The position numbers and the translations under genes were made by a program. A DNA stretch of 64,000 nt from contig MVRV01000029.1 in NCBI GenBank assembly GCA_002068015.1, forward strand, positions 24,373-88,372. Reading direction: 5' to 3'. Position 1 is the stretch's first letter. Each line of letters begins with the position of its first letter. The notes beneath the pieces are model-generated. The model was not told the origin of the DNA and made no database searches. It was given only the letters and a program-made list of their open reading frames with translations. Below are positions 9,052 to 19,945 of the stretch, in pieces. The stretch comes from Smithella sp. PtaU1.Bin162 (GTDB taxonomy: Bacteria > Desulfobacterota > Syntrophia > Syntrophales > Smithellaceae).

Positions 9052-9903
9052 TTATTTTCTCCTTGCTTTAATTACCCGCGGCAACCCGGCATAATCATTG
9101 CGGACACTCATATCGTCAAATTGCCCGGAAGCTTCGGCAATGCTGATAACTTTTACGCTCTGAGCAGCTCCCGTTTCCAGAAGAAGCCAGCCGTCATGTT
9201 TAAGATGAGCAGGCGCTTCATTAACTATTTTCCGGTAAAAATCCAGCCCCCCTAAACCGGCCTGCAGCGCTTCCCGCGGTTCATAATTTTTAACCCCACC
9301 GGGCAGTTTATCGTATTCTTCATCCGCTATGTAGGGCGGATTGGAAACGATTATATCAAAAAAATCGCCAACCGGCTGAAATAAATTGCCCTGCAGGAAT
9401 TTTATTTGCGAATCCAAACGTAAATTGCGTGCATTTTTTTCGGCTACCGCCAGAGCAGCGGCCGAAATATCAGTTGCCGTCACCCTGATCCGGGGCAGTT
9501 CGCAAGCCAGAGCAAGAGCAATAGCGCCACTTCCCGTACCGATATCCAGAATCTTAATTTCCGGGATGGTAATACCTTTACAAATACCCAGGGCTTCTTC
9601 TACCAGAACTTCCGTATCCGGCCTTGGAATCAACACTGATTTATTGACTTCCAGCACGAATGACCAGAATTCCTTGCGGGAGGTTATATAGGCTACCGGT
9701 TCTTCCTTCAGTCGGCGGGTGACAAGTTTTTGGAACAAAGCAAGCACTTTTTCATCGACCGGCCGCAATGGATTTTTGAAAAATTCCAGGCGGTCGCAAT
9801 CCAGGCAAAAAGCAAGCAATACCTCGGCATCCAACCGCGGGGAAGGAATTCCAGCCTCTGCAAAGCACAGGGTCGCCTCATTTAAAATGTCGTGAACAAT
9901 CAT
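9052..9903 (-). CDS. prmC: release-factor glutamine N5-methyltransferase
   Basis: 283 aa. SAM motif LDIGTGSGAIALA and catalytic NPPY (IVSNPPYI). Sits upstream of murA as in the conserved prfA-prmC-murA layout. Confidence 0.9.
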   Translation of the reverse strand: MIVHDILNEATLCFAEAGIPSPRLDAEVLLAFCLDCDRLEFFKNPLRPVDEKVLALFQKLVTRRLKEEPVAYITSRKEFWSFVLEVNKSVLIPRPDTEVLVEEALGICKGITIPEIKILDIGTGSGAIALALACELPRIRVTATDISAAALAVAEKNARNLRLDSQIKFLQGNLFQPVGDFFDIIVSNPPYIADEEYDKLPGGVKNYEPREALQAGLGGLDFYRKIVNEAPAHLKHDGWLLLETGAAQSVKVISIAEASGQFDDMSVRNDYAGLPRVIKARRK

Positions 9904-9966
9904 TGTGCTGTTTCCTGTGTGTTAAGCCCCCGAATTACTAAAAATGACATGATATACGGATGCCTG

Positions 9967-9995
9967 AAAATAAAGTGTTGCAAAAAAAATGTCAA
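9967..9995 (-). promoter_or_regulatory. candidate sigma70-type promoter for prmC-murA-hisD
   Basis: The minus strand reads TTGACA (9995-9990), a 17-nt spacer, then TATTTT (9972-9967), about 65 nt upstream of the prmC ATG. Prediction by eye only. Confidence 0.3.
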
Positions 9996-10162
9996 GTGTT
10001 TATAAATCCAAACTATTAATATTTTAACAGATTATCATAAATCCATTGATAGTGACCTACGGTTCACAAGTTAGCTCCTCATGGGGTAGTTAACGGTCAT
10101 CAAAGCAGTTCAATAAAATAGAATTTGATCTTACAAAGCACGGCGAAAGAAAACAGTAATTA

Positions 10163-11641
10163 ATGCAAACAAAAGAACTCGAAGCCTATCTCTGGGGCGC
10201 AGCCAACATTTTGCGCGGATTGATTGACGCCGCGGATTTCAAACAGTACATTTTCCCTTTGTTGTTTTTCAAACGCATAAGCGATTTGTGGGAGGAAGAA
10301 TATCAGGAGGCATTGGCAATCAGCGGTGGTGATCTTACCTATGCCAAGTTCAGAGAGCAACACCGCTTTCAGATTCCCGAAGGCTGCCATTGGGATGATG
10401 TAAGAAAGAAAACCGTGAACGTAGGTGCAGCACTGCAAAAAGCATTACGAGGAATTGAGAAAGAGAATTTTGAGATTTTTCGTGATGTTTTCGGCGACGC
10501 CCAATGGACAAACAAACGCCGTATGTGCGATGAGAAAATGCTTGACTTAATTGAGCATTTTTCCAAAATTAAATTAACCGTTGCCGAAGTACCGCACGAT
10601 GTCATGGGCGAAGGTTATGAATATCTCATCAAGAAATTTGCCGATGACAGCGGACACACCGCCGCCGAGTTTTACACCAACCGCACGGTTGTGAAGTTGA
10701 TGACGATGATTACCGATCCACAACCAGGCGAAAGTGTCTATGATCCCGCTTGCGGTAGCGGCGGCATCCTGCTCAACAGCGCGTTGCATGTCAAAGAGCA
10801 GGGCAAGGACTATCGCACGCTCAAACTATATGGGCAGGAATTGAATCTCATCACCTCGGCGATTGCCCGTATCAATATGTTCATGCACAACGTAGATGAA
10901 TTCTTGATTGTGCAAGGCGATACGCTGGATAACCCGCAAATTCTGGAAAATGACGAACTGAAAAAGTTTGACGTAATCATGGCCAACCCGCCTTACAGTG
11001 TCAAGCGTTGGAATCAAGCCAAATGGGTGAAAGACCCCTTCGGTAGAAACATCTGGGGCACACCGCCGCAAGGGTGTGCAGACTATGCTTTTCAACAGCA
11101 CATCATGGCCAGTCTGAAACCAGATACAGGGCGGAGTGTAACTTTGTGGCCGCATGGCGTGCTATTTCGCGATGCCGAGAGTGACATTCGTAAAAAGATG
11201 ATCGAAGGCGATTATGTGGACGCAGTGATTGGCTTGGGCAAAAACCTATTTTACAACAGCAGTATGGAAAGTTGCTTGCTGGTCTGCCGGATGACGAAGC
11301 CAAAGGGGCGCAAAGGGAAAATTATTTTTATCAATGCTGTAAATGAATTACGTATCGACCGAACCAATGCCTGGCTAGAACCACCGCACATCAAAAAAAT
11401 TAGCGATACTTATTGGAAGTTCAAAGATGTGGCTGGTTTTGCCAAAGTAATGAGCAATAAAGATGTGCTTTCCGCGAACAACGGAAACCTAAGTGTGCAA
11501 CTACATGTCAAACAATCTAACAATGGACAAAAGCATGAGATAGAAAATTTATTGTCGTTGATAAAATCGAATAAGACAGAACTCAATGAGAATTTAAAAT
11601 CTTTGTTTATTCAACTAAAAGATTTGGGGATTGAAAAATGA
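10163..11641 (+). CDS. hsdM: type I restriction-modification system, DNA methyltransferase subunit M
   Basis: 492 aa. HsdM N-terminal domain (LWGAANILRG), SAM motif DPACGSGGILL and catalytic NPPY (IMANPPYSVKRW). Confidence 0.9.
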   Translation: MQTKELEAYLWGAANILRGLIDAADFKQYIFPLLFFKRISDLWEEEYQEALAISGGDLTYAKFREQHRFQIPEGCHWDDVRKKTVNVGAALQKALRGIEKENFEIFRDVFGDAQWTNKRRMCDEKMLDLIEHFSKIKLTVAEVPHDVMGEGYEYLIKKFADDSGHTAAEFYTNRTVVKLMTMITDPQPGESVYDPACGSGGILLNSALHVKEQGKDYRTLKLYGQELNLITSAIARINMFMHNVDEFLIVQGDTLDNPQILENDELKKFDVIMANPPYSVKRWNQAKWVKDPFGRNIWGTPPQGCADYAFQQHIMASLKPDTGRSVTLWPHGVLFRDAESDIRKKMIEGDYVDAVIGLGKNLFYNSSMESCLLVCRMTKPKGRKGKIIFINAVNELRIDRTNAWLEPPHIKKISDTYWKFKDVAGFAKVMSNKDVLSANNGNLSVQLHVKQSNNGQKHEIENLLSLIKSNKTELNENLKSLFIQLKDLGIEK

Positions 11642-12789
11642 TGTTGAATAAACAACTGTGGAGTGAAGTACAATATGGTGATTATGTTGACCATATTGAA
11701 AGAACTGAAACCAACCCTCTGGTGAGAAAAAGTGCACGTTATGTAAGTGTCGAACATCTTAAAACTGGAAATCTCAAAATCAATTCATGGATTGATGAAG
11801 AAATGCCTACGTTTTTCAGAACTTTCAGAAAAGGACAAATACTCTTTGGTAAACGCAGGGCATATCAAAGAAAAGTTGCTTTTGCGGATTTCGATGGAAT
11901 TTGCTCGCCTCACATTTGGGCGTTAGAAGCGCGAAACGGATTAATGCAACAATTCTTACCGTATGTGATGCTTACTGAACAGTTTTATGAGTATGTGAAT
12001 GCTAATTCTGCCGGCACGATGTCACCATATTTAAAATGGCCGCAACTTTCAAAATACACCTTCCTCCTTCCGCCGCTTGATGAACAGGTGCGCCTTGTGG
12101 ATCTATTCCAGGGTATTGAACAGAGCATAATCCGTATGCAAGAACAAGAAACGAATTTAAAAGCCTTACAAAAGGCATTAAGCAATGGTTTGGCAAATAA
12201 AAAACCTGTTTTCGGTAATTTGCTTTCAGAAAAGCACTGCCAATCTTATTCATTTGGCGATATCTGCGATTGCATTGAGAAACACGATAAAACTCCATTG
12301 GAAAATGACTTGACCTGTTTTATTGGTTTGGAAAATATTGAATCTGAAAATTTCACATTACAAGGTTTTGGAAATATCGAAGATGGTACAACTTTTACTA
12401 AACGTTTTTCAAAAGGCGATGTGCTATTTGGCAAACGTCGAGCCTACCTAAAAAAAGTCGCTGTTGCTGATTTAGACGGAATCTGTTCGAGTGACATTTT
12501 GGTCTTTCGGGCAAAAACAAAAACGATGTTGCCTGAGTTGTTACCTTATTATGCAAGCAGTGATGCCTTTGTGAATCATGCGGTTAGCACTTCGGCAGGT
12601 TCACTTTCACCGCGCACCAAGTGGCGAGATTTGGCAGGTTTTGAACTGTCCGTACCTGATTTGAAAATTCAGGAAAAGATAGTGGATGTTTTCCATCAAC
12701 TCAGTGAATCATTGACCTTAATCAAAAATCAAAAACAAACCCTGAAAACCCTCAAACAAAAACTGCTGAATGAGATATTGGGAGGTTAG
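11638..12789 (+). CDS. hsdS: type I restriction-modification system, specificity subunit S
   Basis: 383 aa. Two-TRD architecture with duplicated conserved regions: FRKGQILFGKRRAYQRKVAFADFDGICSPHIWAL versus FSKGDVLFGKRRAYLKKVAVADLDGICSSDILVF. ATGA overlap with hsdM. Confidence 0.85.
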   Translation: MMLNKQLWSEVQYGDYVDHIERTETNPLVRKSARYVSVEHLKTGNLKINSWIDEEMPTFFRTFRKGQILFGKRRAYQRKVAFADFDGICSPHIWALEARNGLMQQFLPYVMLTEQFYEYVNANSAGTMSPYLKWPQLSKYTFLLPPLDEQVRLVDLFQGIEQSIIRMQEQETNLKALQKALSNGLANKKPVFGNLLSEKHCQSYSFGDICDCIEKHDKTPLENDLTCFIGLENIESENFTLQGFGNIEDGTTFTKRFSKGDVLFGKRRAYLKKVAVADLDGICSSDILVFRAKTKTMLPELLPYYASSDAFVNHAVSTSAGSLSPRTKWRDLAGFELSVPDLKIQEKIVDVFHQLSESLTLIKNQKQTLKTLKQKLLNEILGG

Positions 12790-12791
12790 GA

Positions 12792-13634
12792 ATGAAGCAA
12801 GAACTGATCGCCGAGCTATTCCAAAAATTTGAAGAAGCCTGCTATCTCTACAATAAAATAGAATGTTGGAGCGCGCGGGAATTGCAGGAGATATTAGGCT
12901 ATGCAGAGTGGCGAAACTTTCTGAACGTAATCGAGAAGGCGAAAATATCCTGTGATAATGCAGGTATTCCTATACCTGACCATTTTGTTGATGTCAACAA
13001 AATGGTTTCTGTGGGTAGTGGGGCAGAACGCGCCATAGAAGATATTGCGCTTACCCGCTATGCCTGCTATTTGATTGCGCAAAACGGCGATCCAACCAAA
13101 AGCGAAATCGCCTTTGCCCAAACCTATTTTGCTGTCCAAACCCGCAAACAGGAAATTATTGAACAGCGTCTTTTGGATGTGGATAGAGTCTCAGCGCGTG
13201 ATAAACTGTCCAAATCAGAGAAGAAATTATCGGGCATTATCTACGAGCGTGGCGTGGATGACACAGGCTTTGCCGTCATTCGCTCCAAAGGCGACCAGGC
13301 TTTGTTCGGCGGGTATTCCACGCAGGAGATGAAAAAGAAACTGGCTATTCCCGATGGCAGACCGCTTGCTGATTTTCTGCCCACGCTGACGATTAAAGCC
13401 AAAGACTTTGCCACCGAACTAACCAGTCATAACGTCATTGAAAAGGATTTATCAGGCGTAGACCAAATTTCCAGCGAGCACATTGAAAACAATCGAGCTG
13501 TCCGCAAAATATTGATCGAACGCGGCGTCAAACCCGAAACTTTGCCTGCTTCTGAGGATGTTAAGAAAATACAACGGAAACTGGATGGCGATGAAAAGAA
13601 ACTACTCAAAGATGTGAAAAAGAAAAAGGGATAA
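12792..13634 (+). CDS. dinD: DinD-like protein (DNA-damage-inducible protein D family, Bro-N-like N-terminus)
   Basis: 280 aa. WSARELQEILGYAEWRNF...DHFVDVNKMVSVGSGAERAIEDIALTRYACYLIAQNGDPTKSEIAFAQTYFAVQTRKQE is closely parallel to E. coli DinD (WSARQLGKLLGYSEYRHF..LSRYACYLVVQNGDP..GQTYFAIQTRRQE). Confidence 0.85.
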   Translation: MKQELIAELFQKFEEACYLYNKIECWSARELQEILGYAEWRNFLNVIEKAKISCDNAGIPIPDHFVDVNKMVSVGSGAERAIEDIALTRYACYLIAQNGDPTKSEIAFAQTYFAVQTRKQEIIEQRLLDVDRVSARDKLSKSEKKLSGIIYERGVDDTGFAVIRSKGDQALFGGYSTQEMKKKLAIPDGRPLADFLPTLTIKAKDFATELTSHNVIEKDLSGVDQISSEHIENNRAVRKILIERGVKPETLPASEDVKKIQRKLDGDEKKLLKDVKKKKG

Positions 13635-13636
13635 AC

Positions 13637-16612
13637 ATGACCTTCAACGAACTCAACAGTGTCGAACACTTTATCATTAGCAACCTGACAGGGGTGAACT
13701 TAAACAACGTTCGTTCAGGTATGGTGAGAGAAGCACCTGTTGAGTACGGGGCTACGAAGTGGAAATATGTCCAAAGTGAATTACTCCAACGCGAAATCAC
13801 GGATGTATTCGTTGAAAAAGAATTGATAGATGCCCTGTGCCGCCTGAATCCTGAAATTGCAGCGCAACCTGAATTCGCCGATGAAGTTATCCGCAAACTT
13901 AGGGCAATCATTCTTTCCGTAGGCAATGTGGGTCTGGTACGCGCCAACGAAGAGTTTGCCAGATGGTTGAGAGGTGAAGTCACCTTGCCGTTTGGCAAAA
14001 ACGAGAATCATGTTCCTGTACGCTTGATTGATTTTGAGAACATGAACAACAATTCTTTCATTCTCACCAATCAATTTAAAATTCACGCCAGAGAAACCAA
14101 AATCCCCGATATTGTCATGCTGGTCAATGGCATCCCATTGGTTATTGGTGAAACCAAAACACCTGTACGTCCTGCGGTTAGTTGGCTCGATGGCGCGCAT
14201 GACATTAATGTGGTTTATGAAAACGCCGTCCCGCAATTGTTTGTACCCAATGTCTTTTCATTTGCCACCGAAGGCAAAGAAGTGTTTATTGGCGGCGTCA
14301 GAACACCGCTGGAATTATGGTCGCCGTGGAGGATTGAAGAAGAACGCGACGAACTCAGTCACTTCGCAGGCTTGCAGGATGTTGCCAAACAGTTAACGCA
14401 CTTGCTCAAGCCGTCAACTTTGCTTGACATTTTGCAACACTTCACTATCTACGCTACCAATAATAAAAAGAAGAAAATAAAAGTCGTTTGCCGTTATCAG
14501 CAATACGAAGGTGCAAACGCCATTGTTGAGCGTGTGTTGGCAGGCGAAATCAAAAAGGGGTTGATCTGGCATTTTCAAGGTTCGGGCAAATCCCTGCTCA
14601 TGCTGTTCGCTGCGCAAAAACTCCGCAAGCATGAAGAGCTGGACAATCCAACCGTTTTGATCGTGGTGGACAGAATTGATTTGGATTCGCAAATTACTGC
14701 CACCTTCAATTCCGCCGAAGTACCAAATATGGTCACGACGGATAACATCAAGGAATTGCATGACTTGCTGGAGCAAGACAGCCGCAAAATCATCATCACC
14801 ATGATTTACAAATTCAAAGAAGCATATCCCGACATGAACAAAAGGGATAACATCATCGTGATGGTGGACGAAGCGCACCGAACGCAGGAGGGTGATTTGG
14901 GGCGAAAGATGAGAGCCGCTTTGCCCAATGCTTTCCTATTCGGTTTGACAGGCACGCCAATCAACAAAGCAGATAAAAATACTTTCTGGGCTTTCGGCTC
15001 GCAGGAAGATGCAAACGGCTACATGAGTCGTTACACATTTCAGGAAAGCATTCGCGATAACGCCACCCTGCCCTTGCATTTTGAGCCACGATTACCCGAT
15101 TATCATATTGACAAAGAGAGTTTAGATATCGCCTTCAAAGAAATGGCGAATGATCTGAGCGAAGAAGATAGAAATAAACTGAGCCAAAAAGCGGCAAAGA
15201 TGGCGGTATTCCTAAAGTCGCCTGAACGTGTCAATCAAATCGTTCGGGATATTGTTGAACATTTCAAGAAACACGTTGAACCAGAAGGCTTCAAAGCAAT
15301 GATCGTCACACCTGATCGCTTCGCTTGTATTCAATACAAAGATGAGTTGGATAAATTCCTGCCTACCTCAGCCAGCAAGGTTGTCATGAGTACTGCCGCA
15401 AATGATGAACTGGAATTCAAACAAAAATGGGGCATGGATAAAGACCAACAGGAAAAAGTAGTGGAGGAATTCAACGATTCCGATTCACCACTAGACTTTT
15501 TGATTGTCACCGCCAAATTATTAACTGGCTTCGACGCGCCGATTCTGCAAACCATGTATTTGGATAAATCACTGAAGGACCACACCCTGCTACAAGCCAT
15601 TTGCAGAACCAATCGATTGTTCCCCAATAAAACTTTTGGAAGAATTGTGGATTACTTCGGCGTATTCGATGATACGGCTCAGGCTCTCGCATTTGATGAA
15701 GAAACCGTCAAACTGGTTATAACCAATCTGCAAGAGTTGAAAAATAAATTACCGCAAGTGCTTGCCGATTGCCTGTCTCACTTTGCTGGCATTGATAGAA
15801 CTGTTGAAGGCTTTGAAGGATTACAGGCCGCTCAAGATTGCATAAAGACCGATGAAAAACGGGATGCTTTTGCCAAAGACTTTGGCGCATTATCCAAGTT
15901 ATGGGAAGCGCTTTCACCCGATGATCTTCTGAACAAATATCAGAAAGACTATAAATGGCTTTCTCACGTCTATCTTTCCGTTAAACCAACGTCTGACGAT
16001 AACGGAAGATTGCTCTGGCACGCTCTGGGCGCACAAACGACAAAACTAATTCACGAGCATGTGCATGTGGATGGCATCAGTCACGAAATGGAAGAAATGG
16101 TGCTGGATGCCAAAGTGATTGACGACTTGATGAATAAAAAAGACCCCAGAGAAGCCCAACGAATTTTGAAAATATTAATCAGCCGCTTGGCTCGACATGG
16201 TAAAAACACTATTTTTATAAAGTTAAGCGCACGTCTCGAAGCCTTGCGGGCTAAAGCCGAGCAAGGGCTTATCAACAGCATCGAATTTATCAAGCAGTTG
16301 TGCGAAATCGCCCGCGACACCGTTCAAGCCGAAAAACAAACTGACACTGCTGACGAGCGTAAATCCGCCAAAGCCGCCCTCACTGAATTATTCCTGGAAA
16401 TGAAAACAGACCAAACTCCTGCTGTCGTGGAAAGAATTGTCAACGATATTGACAATATCGTGAAATACGTCCGCTTTGATGGCTGGCAAAACTCAACTTT
16501 GGGCGAACGAGAAGTAAAAAGAGAGTTACGAAAAATTATTTGGGTGAAATATCAAATCAAGGATGAAGATTTATTCAACAGGGCTTATGATTACATTAGA
16601 GAATATTATTAG
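13637..16612 (+). CDS. hsdR: type I restriction endonuclease subunit R
   Basis: 991 aa. N-terminal nuclease region (PDIVMLVNGIPLVIGETK), SF2 motor with Walker A-like QGSGKS and DEAH box (VMVDEAHRTQ), helicase C (TAKLLTGFDAP, QAICRTNR). Confidence 0.9.
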   Translation: MTFNELNSVEHFIISNLTGVNLNNVRSGMVREAPVEYGATKWKYVQSELLQREITDVFVEKELIDALCRLNPEIAAQPEFADEVIRKLRAIILSVGNVGLVRANEEFARWLRGEVTLPFGKNENHVPVRLIDFENMNNNSFILTNQFKIHARETKIPDIVMLVNGIPLVIGETKTPVRPAVSWLDGAHDINVVYENAVPQLFVPNVFSFATEGKEVFIGGVRTPLELWSPWRIEEERDELSHFAGLQDVAKQLTHLLKPSTLLDILQHFTIYATNNKKKKIKVVCRYQQYEGANAIVERVLAGEIKKGLIWHFQGSGKSLLMLFAAQKLRKHEELDNPTVLIVVDRIDLDSQITATFNSAEVPNMVTTDNIKELHDLLEQDSRKIIITMIYKFKEAYPDMNKRDNIIVMVDEAHRTQEGDLGRKMRAALPNAFLFGLTGTPINKADKNTFWAFGSQEDANGYMSRYTFQESIRDNATLPLHFEPRLPDYHIDKESLDIAFKEMANDLSEEDRNKLSQKAAKMAVFLKSPERVNQIVRDIVEHFKKHVEPEGFKAMIVTPDRFACIQYKDELDKFLPTSASKVVMSTAANDELEFKQKWGMDKDQQEKVVEEFNDSDSPLDFLIVTAKLLTGFDAPILQTMYLDKSLKDHTLLQAICRTNRLFPNKTFGRIVDYFGVFDDTAQALAFDEETVKLVITNLQELKNKLPQVLADCLSHFAGIDRTVEGFEGLQAAQDCIKTDEKRDAFAKDFGALSKLWEALSPDDLLNKYQKDYKWLSHVYLSVKPTSDDNGRLLWHALGAQTTKLIHEHVHVDGISHEMEEMVLDAKVIDDLMNKKDPREAQRILKILISRLARHGKNTIFIKLSARLEALRAKAEQGLINSIEFIKQLCEIARDTVQAEKQTDTADERKSAKAALTELFLEMKTDQTPAVVERIVNDIDNIVKYVRFDGWQNSTLGEREVKRELRKIIWVKYQIKDEDLFNRAYDYIREYY

Positions 16613-16668
16613 CCATATTTTTTTAAGCATGGATCAGAAATTATTTGGTATATTTTCCAAAGTTGATT

Positions 16669-17748
16669 TTAATTATTTGTTTTGTTCAACAACTCCGCCT
16701 GATAATGCGCAGCGAGCGCATCGATCATGGAACCGATATTGCCGTTTAAGAAACTATCCAGATCATAACGGGTGAGCCCGATGCGATGATCGGTGATGCG
16801 TCCCTGAGGGAAATTATAAGTGCGGATACGTTCAGACCGGTCACCTGACCCCACCTGATTTTTACGCGATTCCGAAATTTCCGCATTTTGTTTTTGGATC
16901 ATGGCATCGAGCAGGCGTGCCCGCAAAACTTTCATGGCCTTGTTTTTATTTTTCAGCTGTGATTTTTCATCCTGGCAGGTAACAACCAGTCCCGAAGGCA
17001 AATGGGTGATGCGCACCGCTGAGTCGGTTGTATTGACGCTCTGGCCGCCGTGCCCGGTGGAACGGTAAACATCGATCCGCAGATCGTTGGGATCAATATT
17101 GATCTCCACTTCTTCCGCTTCCGGCATAATAGCCACCGTTACGGCCGAAGTATGAATGCGCCCCTGCGCTTCTGTGACCGGCACACGCTGCACCCGATGA
17201 GTGCCGCTTTCATACTTCATCCGACTGAAAGCACCGCGGCCTTCAATCTGAGCGATTATTTCCTTGAAACCGCCCATTCCCCCGGCCGGTGAACTGCTGA
17301 CTATTTCCACACGCCAGCCCTGGGATTCGGCATAACGGGCATACATCCGGAATAAATCACCGGCAAAAAGCCCGGCTTCATCACCACCGGTGCCGGCCCT
17401 TATTTCCAGAAAGACGTTTTTATCGTCGTTGGGATCCTTCGGCACCAGTAATCTCTTTATCTTCTCTTCCCAGTCGGCCTTCTCCTGCTGCAACGCGGGT
17501 ATTTCTTCCTTAACGATGGCTTTTAATTCATCGTCATCACCTTTGAGAAGTTCCTGATATTCTTCGATATGCGTTCTGATTGTCTCATACTTGCGGATAA
17601 CCTCCACAAGTTCGGTTAAGTCGGCGTGTTCTTTGGCATATTTCTGATACAGGCCCTGTTTGGAAACGACCTGAGGATCGCTTAACTGGCCTTCCAGTTC
17701 CCTATAGCGGAGTTCAATCTCTCGAAGTTTATCTAATATAATATCCAT
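16669..17748 (-). CDS. prfA: peptide chain release factor 1
   Basis: 359 aa. GGQ motif ([20 protein letters not shown]) and RF1-type tripeptide region [14 protein letters not shown]. Confidence 0.95.
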   Translation of the reverse strand: MDIILDKLREIELRYRELEGQLSDPQVVSKQGLYQKYAKEHADLTELVEVIRKYETIRTHIEEYQELLKGDDDELKAIVKEEIPALQQEKADWEEKIKRLLVPKDPNDDKNVFLEIRAGTGGDEAGLFAGDLFRMYARYAESQGWRVEIVSSSPAGGMGGFKEIIAQIEGRGAFSRMKYESGTHRVQRVPVTEAQGRIHTSAVTVAIMPEAEEVEINIDPNDLRIDVYRSTGHGGQSVNTTDSAVRITHLPSGLVVTCQDEKSQLKNKNKAMKVLRARLLDAMIQKQNAEISESRKNQVGSGDRSERIRTYNFPQGRITDHRIGLTRYDLDSFLNGNIGSMIDALAAHYQAELLNKTNN

Positions 17749-17910
17749 GTCGTTTCTTTAAACGCATTTGGGGGTGTCGGGGTTAGTTGAAAAAAGATAT
17801 ACTTGCAGGTTCCCTTTCCGCTGGAAAGGACGTACCTACAAAAAATGGGACCGATGAGTAAGTTTCATCATAAGGATGAGAATCCGGTTCTTGTGGTTTC
17901 CGTTAAAAAA

Positions 17911-18159
17911 TTAAGCTGTTGCCTTTTTTGTCGCCTTCTTTTTGGTTTGCGGCGCCGCTTCTTTTACTGCGTACTTTTTCTTGAATCTCTCGACACGTCC
18001 GGCCGTATCCATAATTTTTTGCTTGCCTGTCATAAAGGGATGGCAATTGGAACAAATTTCAACCTTGATGTCTTTTTTGGTTGATTTGGTTTCAATGACA
18101 TTACCGCAAACGCAGGTTATGGTTGTTTCTTTATATTCGGGATGAATGCCTTCTTTCAT
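17911..18159 (-). CDS. rpmE: 50S ribosomal protein L31 (Cys-containing type)
   Basis: 82 aa. [20 protein letters not shown]...[13 protein letters not shown] with a Lys-rich tail. Confidence 0.95.
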   Translation of the reverse strand: MKEGIHPEYKETTITCVCGNVIETKSTKKDIKVEICSNCHPFMTGKQKIMDTAGRVERFKKKYAVKEAAPQTKKKATKKATA

Positions 18160-18305
18160 TTCTTTTTGCTTCTCCTCCTTAAATCTTTCTCTTCAGGAAC
18201 AATTCTTTTTCCCATGTAATTTTAAAGCAGTTGGGCTGCCTTATAATATCTGCAATAAAAATTCAAGAGAATAATACTTACCGCAATTAAATTGTTTTAT
18301 TCCTA

Positions 18306-19553
18306 TTATGAATTCATCGAATCCAGAAATTCCTGGTTTGTTTCCGTTTTTCTGATTTTACCGATGATAAATTCCATGGCGTCCACCGGATTCATTTCCT
18401 GGAGAAGTCTGCGTAAAATCCAGACACGGTTCAGATTATTTTTAGCAATCAGCAATTCTTCTTTTCTGGTTCCGGAACGGATCAAATCAAAAGCGGGGAA
18501 AACCCGGCGATCAGCAATGCGGCGATCCAGGTGCAGTTCCATATTACCGGTTCCTTTGAATTCTTCGAAGATGACTTCGTCCATACGGCTCCCGGTATCA
18601 ATCAATGCCGTGGAAATAATCGTCAAACTGCCGCCGTTTTCGATGTTGCGGGCTGCACCGAAGAAACGCTTGGGTTTGTGCAAGGCGTTCGAATCCACTC
18701 CTCCGGAGAGAACTTTACCGCTGGGCGGCACAACCGTATTATAAGCCCGCGCAAGCCTTGTGATGCTGTCGAGCAAAATAACCACGTCTTTTTTGTGTTC
18801 GACGAGACGTTTGGCCTTTTCAATTACCATTTCAGCAACCTGGACGTGACGGGAGGCCGGTTCATCAAACGTGGAAGACACTACTTCGCCGGCAACGCTG
18901 CGTTGCATATCGGTGACTTCTTCCGGCCGTTCGTCGATTAAAAGCACCATCAAAACCACTTCCTTATGATTGGCCGTTATGCTGTGGGCAATGTCCTGCA
19001 GAAGAACTGTCTTACCGGCCCGGGGCGGAGAAACAATCAATCCGCGCTGCCCTTTGCCGATCGGTGTAAACAAATCCATGACTCTGGTGGAATAGTTTTC
19101 CGGATTGAATTCAAGATTCAATTTCTCCTGCGGATAGAGAGGTGTTAAGTTATCAAAGAGAATTTTATCGCGGGCTGATTCGGGACTTTCAAAGTTTACA
19201 GTGTCGACTTTCAGCAGAGCAAAATATTTTTCTCCTTCTTTGGGCGGCCGGACTTCACCGGAGATCGTATCGCCGGTTCTTAAATTAAATCGCCTGATCT
19301 GGGATGGTGAAATGTAGATATCATCCGGACTGGGCAGATAATTATAGTCAACGGCCCGCAAAAAGCCGAAACCGTCCGGCAGGATTTCCAATACGCCGGA
19401 ACCGGAAATCATACCGTTTTTTTCCGCCTGTGCCTGCAGAATCGCAAAGATTAAATCCTGGCGCCGCATGCCGCTGGCCCCGGGAACATTTAAATCCTTG
19501 GCCAGAGTGTTGAGATCACTGATCGGCAATCTTTTAATGTCTTCGATGTGCAT
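18306..19553 (-). CDS. rho: transcription termination factor Rho
   Basis: 415 aa. N-terminal [21 protein letters not shown]-like GFGFLR and P-loop [15 protein letters not shown]. Confidence 0.95.
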   Translation of the reverse strand: MHIEDIKRLPISDLNTLAKDLNVPGASGMRRQDLIFAILQAQAEKNGMISGSGVLEILPDGFGFLRAVDYNYLPSPDDIYISPSQIRRFNLRTGDTISGEVRPPKEGEKYFALLKVDTVNFESPESARDKILFDNLTPLYPQEKLNLEFNPENYSTRVMDLFTPIGKGQRGLIVSPPRAGKTVLLQDIAHSITANHKEVVLMVLLIDERPEEVTDMQRSVAGEVVSSTFDEPASRHVQVAEMVIEKAKRLVEHKKDVVILLDSITRLARAYNTVVPPSGKVLSGGVDSNALHKPKRFFGAARNIENGGSLTIISTALIDTGSRMDEVIFEEFKGTGNMELHLDRRIADRRVFPAFDLIRSGTRKEELLIAKNNLNRVWILRRLLQEMNPVDAMEFIIGKIRKTETNQEFLDSMNS

Positions 19554-19945
19554 AAATACTTCCTTGTTTAGGTTAAAATCAGATAACGCAAGATGTTATC
19601 CCGACAATATAGATATTTAATTTTTTACTGCATTATTATTCAAGAGATACACTTGGATACACTAAATCACGATTTTTTTAGCAGTCAAAGATTAATATCG
19701 GCTTGTTTACTTGAATACTTGAAACGCTCCAAAAGACAGAGCCTATAAAGGCCTCCCAATGAGTTAGTGCCAACTTATAATATAACAAACCGCCTGTCAA
19801 GATATTTTACAAAATTTTCTATAAATTATAAGGGGTAAGACGGCTATTAACACCAAAACGAATATTTCCCTTGATTCCTGAGCCGCACTAAACTAAATGA
19901 TTCTCAATAATTAATTTATCTTCGCAAAAAAGGATCTGGATTTAT

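Noticed and set aside
8677-9255. 192-aa plus ORF, plus many other 60-170-aa ORFs opposite murA, hisD, hsdR, rho, gatA/B, thyX, the kinase and others
   Set aside because: All of them lie antisense to, or out of frame within, strongly supported genes. I treated them as shadow ORFs.
9904-16668. Mobile-element hallmarks around the R-M cassette (integrase, transposase, tRNA target, direct repeats)
   Set aside because: None was found on either flank, so I do not call it a mobile element, only an island-like insertion.
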